A DNA stretch of 64,000 nucleotides from Eukaryota sp. TZLM1-RC. Taxonomy: Eukaryota > Protista > Metamonada: BaSk clade. The DNA is taken from the NCBI GenBank assembly GCA_040285825.1, contig JAUPSS010000007.1:396501-460500 (forward strand). The letters are read 5' to 3'. Below are positions 59,969 through 64,000 of this stretch, one piece after another. The stretch's first letter is position 1, and each line of letters opens with the position of its first letter. Made by a program: the position numbers and the translations under genes. The notes below the pieces were generated by a model that was not told the DNA's origin, made no database searches, and worked only from the letters and a program-made list of their open reading frames with translations.

Positions 59969-61423
59969 ACTGAAGGTTCCTAACAGAATATGCAGGAAGT
60001 GTTGTCCTGAGGAATACGTCAGATGTTGATTGATTGAAAGTGCTTCTATCTGTTATTTTTGATTGTTAATTTACAACTTTTTCATACCACTTGTGATTTT
60101 TCGTCTCATTGAACTGTCAATTTTTGTTTGGTTGGACAATGACTATTCTACAATTGTCCGTTACTGACCCTTGCTTTTTGGCAAAATCGGCAATTGTTTT
60201 GTTATAATCACAATAATTTAGATATAATATGAAAATATATAATATAAAGAACTGCTTTATATCTATATAAATTTAGAAATCTTTTTTTGAACTGCTCTGG
60301 TAGCATGAAGAAGATTGTGAATCCTGTTCTAGAGAATCACAAGTGCACATTAAGTTTCTTTATTTCAAAAGAAGAAAGCGAATTGTGGATAAAATAATAT
60401 GGTCATAGCCTTCTTTCAAACACTACTAATGCCAAGTGAAAAATATAATGGTTCTTTGAAATGTAAACAAAATGTTAAGTAAGTTGTATACAATATTTCA
60501 TTTTCTCTACCCCGTTGACTTGCGTCTTTTAACTTCACTTTTTTCAAAATTGTGTAAACACAGTAGTAAATTTGATCAGTTTGTTGTCAAAAGGATCTGT
60601 TTGTGGATTTTCAATGGAATGTGTGAACTGGTTTTTGATGCCCTGTTGCCTGTCAGATTTCAATATTAAAAGGATATCAAGCTGATTTGTGATGGAAAAG
60701 ATGGATTTTATGCAGGTGTATTTGTAAATTATCAACAAATCAGCTGTTCTAAAATATTAACTCAAAAACACGGTTGGAGAAAACTTCTTGATGTCATCAC
60801 AAGTAGGGTATTTAGGCAATAAAATACCGATTCAATATTTCCATTGAGATTTAGTTAGACTTAGGTTAATCAACCTTAGTCAAGACAGAATCATTGACTA
60901 TAGATCAACAGAAACTTGCCAATAATTCACAGTTTTTCGTGTTCAATCATGAAGATGATTTGTCATGTTTGAGTTCAAGTTGAATAAATGAGGCACACTG
61001 TTTTAATAACAGAAAGTATGTGGGTCTCATCTTCAACAATGGTCAATAGGCATATCTTCCACATCTGAAAACAGAACCTCATCATTTACAATGCTACAAC
61101 CGGCAATGAACCTACAATTAAGCACAATCTCTGTTTCCTGAATTGGCTCAACAAAACATACCTCACATGTTAATGCGGCGAACTTTAACACCAGAAATGT
61201 TTTTGAAAAACTTGATTTATTGATCCTTCAGTAATGTATAAGAAACATATAGACAATCTTTGATCATTACTGTGCATCAGTTCATTAAACAGTGAAAAAA
61301 TGTGTATTCAGGTAATCTTTCAAGCTCTATTTGTTTAAAGAAAACTCTTGTAAATTTGATTTTTCAATTCACCATTTTTCCTCTTTTAAACACAAACTCT
61401 CCTCCTCCCTACACCTCTTCACC

Positions 61424-61852
61424 ATGATTCGATTCTTTGTACTAGTAAACAAGCAAGGTCAAACAAGATTGTCACAACACTATAGCCACTTGTCCATGAA
61501 GGAACGTACAGCACTAGAGTCTGAAATTGTACGACAGTGTCTTATGAGGAACGAAAAAAAGTGTTCTTTCCTCGAATATGGCGACTTCAAGGTCGTTTAC
61601 CGCCGCTACGCCTCTCTTTACTTCATTGTAGGCGTTGACGAAGAGGAGAACGAAATGGCCATTCTCGAACTCATTCATAACCTTGTGGAGGTTTTTGACG
61701 CTTATTTCGAGAACGTGAGGGAGCTCCATATCATGTACCATATAGACAAGGCTCACATGATTCTGGATGAGATGATTCAACAGGGTAGGATTGTCGAGAC
61801 TAATTCTGCACTGATATTAGAGATTCTGAATGCTGTCGCCAAAGTGAAATAG
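61424..61852 (+). CDS. AP4S1: AP-4 adaptor complex sigma subunit (ATG 61424, 142 aa)
   Basis: MIRFFVLVNKQGQTRLS is the sigma-4-type N-terminus; also VVYRRYASLYF, ENEMAILELIH and YFENVRELHIM. Confidence 0.9.
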   Translation: MIRFFVLVNKQGQTRLSQHYSHLSMKERTALESEIVRQCLMRNEKKCSFLEYGDFKVVYRRYASLYFIVGVDEEENEMAILELIHNLVEVFDAYFENVRELHIMYHIDKAHMILDEMIQQGRIVETNSALILEILNAVAKVK

Positions 61853-62306
61853 GTGTAAATAAATTATTTGATTTTCTCCATTATCCATGATTATTTGTAG
61901 TTAATAGAGTATTACATTTTTGTTGACATTTACTACTATTATTACTTATTACTATTTATCACTATTTTCCCAGTAGGTTGTTTGAAACCTTGTAGAGAAT
62001 TAGGAATGAGACGAAGTATCCAATTAACCCTAACAGCAATGAGAGATAAATGTGTGAAAGCCGAACAATGAAAACCACAGACTTTAAGCAAAAAAAGTTC
62101 TATTTAAGTTTATTAAATGTAAATCAAAACAGTAAGTGCAATATTATGTGATAGAGAACTGCAAAAGTGCAACAAATACATGTTTCTGGCAAATGTAAAA
62201 TACCACAGAAGACACTGAAACTCAACGCTTGTTTTGTGACAAACCATGGGCTTCTTAAGTGCAATTGTGCTTTTTCCTTTGAGAGGATGAATTAATGATG
62301 GGTGAA

Positions 62307-63409
62307 TTTTTTTTATTTCAATTTAATTTTATTCTAAACCTATAAATCAACATCCAAAAAATCCATCTCTCCCAAAACAAAAACACTAGATGCAACTCTC
62401 TCATAGTGAGATCCAAGAGAAAGCAAAGCATCAGAAACTATCTTCAACATCCCCTTAAAAATAGAAAACACAATTCTATTTTGCCAAAACCAACTGTTGA
62501 AATTTCTGTTAGTTTTTCTTTTTACAATCATTTCAAAATCATCCAAAAAACGTAAAGCAGTTGGTGCAAGTGAACCAAAAAGGGAAAATACAAATGGAAA
62601 CAAATTGTATTTTGCATGCTGTAGACTGGCCAATTTGGACAAAGGTTCATTGTATTTTTTGAATTTAAAATTTTCAGCATTTGAAAGGGGATTATGAATT
62701 TCAGAATTAACAAGCCTTTCATTTGAGGCATTACAAGGATCAACAGACATTACATCCAATAAAATGAAGCTTCCATCTAATCCAGGTAATATGACATCAC
62801 CTCTATTATTCTTATGAAAATCATTTTCAGCATCAAACAGATTTGACAACAGAGGTTCCAAGAAGGATTCAATTCTATGAGATTTACACATACAATATAA
62901 CTGGTCTCTTACAGCATCATGAACCTTGCTTCTAAAAGTAATAAAATGTTTACAATTTAACAAATGAGTAGTTGTAATTTCTCGAGAACATTTACAAATT
63001 AAATTATGAGGTAAATGATCAGGCCAGATAAAGGAACGAAATCTCATATTCGGAGTCCAAGCAGAATCGGATAAGAGAGTACCATAAACTTGTGGAATTG
63101 TTGTTACTAAGGCAGAAGAAGTACTGTCACACATATCTTGTAAAAGATTTGCAAAAGCGGGATTCTTTTTCTTGGCCAAGCCAAGTCTAACATCAAAATC
63201 CAAGCTTTCAAAAATCTTTGACAATTTTTGTTGAAGTTTTTTACAGCAAAACTGTAAATTAAATAGAGATCGGTTTGGAATTTCTTGAATTGATTGAGGA
63301 AAACATTTGGTGCAAATTTGTGGCGGCAATTTTTCAAGTTCACAAGATAACTCATACAAATAAGGACTGCAATTGGGAACTAACAGATGAGAATCATCAG
63401 GAAATCTAC
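62307..63409 (-). mobile_element. 5'-truncated RLE (CRE/R2-like) non-LTR retrotransposon, family A, with 10-bp TSD
   Basis: Zn knuckle CKC...HLLNC, R.KVHD, E..RGD..D..K.KKY restriction-like endonuclease, poly(A) tail. GATGGGTGAA at 62297-62306 and 63410-63419. Confidence 0.92.
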
Positions 63410-63644
63410 GATGGGTGAAATCATTTTGAATATCCAATAACGTATTATCCAACGTTATAATTGAGTCAACGACTACATATCTTTATAGTAGTGCAGCTTG
63501 TAGGTCCTGTCCTTCACAAGATTTGGCCATTTGCATTGATCTTCTTTCCTTCTTTCATTTTTTATTGTTTTTTCAAAATTGATAAAGAAATCCTACACAT
63601 TACATTAAAAAAGCACTTCTAGCTTCTTGGATCCCGTTCTTACC

Positions 63645-64000
63645 ATGCCAGAGCCTCCAGAACCTCTTTCAGTTTCTGTACTTCTCAGTATTGATACACC
63701 TCAATATCCTGCCTGGCTCACACGCCTTCCTCGTGCTGGAGAACTTATCAAGGACGATTCTGACTCTGAACCTGAATCCAATGAAGAAATCGTGCGTCTC
63801 CCTGTGTTTTCACTAACCCAAGGCGAAACTTATCCTCGATACTCGCAGTTCCATGGACAAATCCCTTGAATTGATGGCAAGATCTTCAATCTCTAAGACT
63901 CTTGATGCGAACTTCTACACTACCCTCTCTGGGCCTCCTCCTTCTGGTGAACCTCTCCACATTCTCTCCAGACACACTGCACTCGGCCCCGTTCTCTCTG
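63645..64000 (+). other. Possible 5' end of a retroelement-like ORF, cut by the window end
   Basis: Higher-GC ORF starting MPEPPEP, interrupted at 63869; no diagnostic domain visible. Confidence 0.25.

Overview
AT-rich, intron-poor eukaryotic (protist) DNA. The gene content and intron motif suggest an anaerobic metamonad-like lineage, but that is a low-confidence inference. Conserved single-copy genes (MO25/CAB39, RpiB, mago nashi, AP-4 sigma, a Ser/Thr kinase) flank an accessory region. That region is organised as a ~38-kb nested, imperfect palindrome (17161-54914). It holds five of the six near-full-length genes of an RCC1-repeat + LRR-like family, three of four decayed Fanzor (eukaryotic TnpB-like RNA-guided nuclease) copies, an internally deleted LTR element with identical LTRs, MITE-like elements, and a central cluster of IS630/Tc1 transposase remnants, two of them paired with a conserved unknown ORF. 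5'-truncated RLE-type non-LTR retrotransposons occur both inside and outside the palindrome. Highlights: (i) a Fanzor-carrying 1.74-kb element is inserted, with a 7-bp TSD, tail-to-tail into another Fanzor's 3' end, and the empty site survives in the opposite palindrome arm; (ii) a full-length Fanzor remnant keeps all three RuvC acidic residues and has a structured downstream omegaRNA candidate; (iii) a 1325-aa protein fuses an MLKL-like 4HB domain, a kinase and a transmembrane ectodomain; (iv) the RCC1-LRR paralogs are mosaics joined through a conserved central block; (v) rpiB has a GT-AT intron. All alignments were done by eye; no databases were searched.
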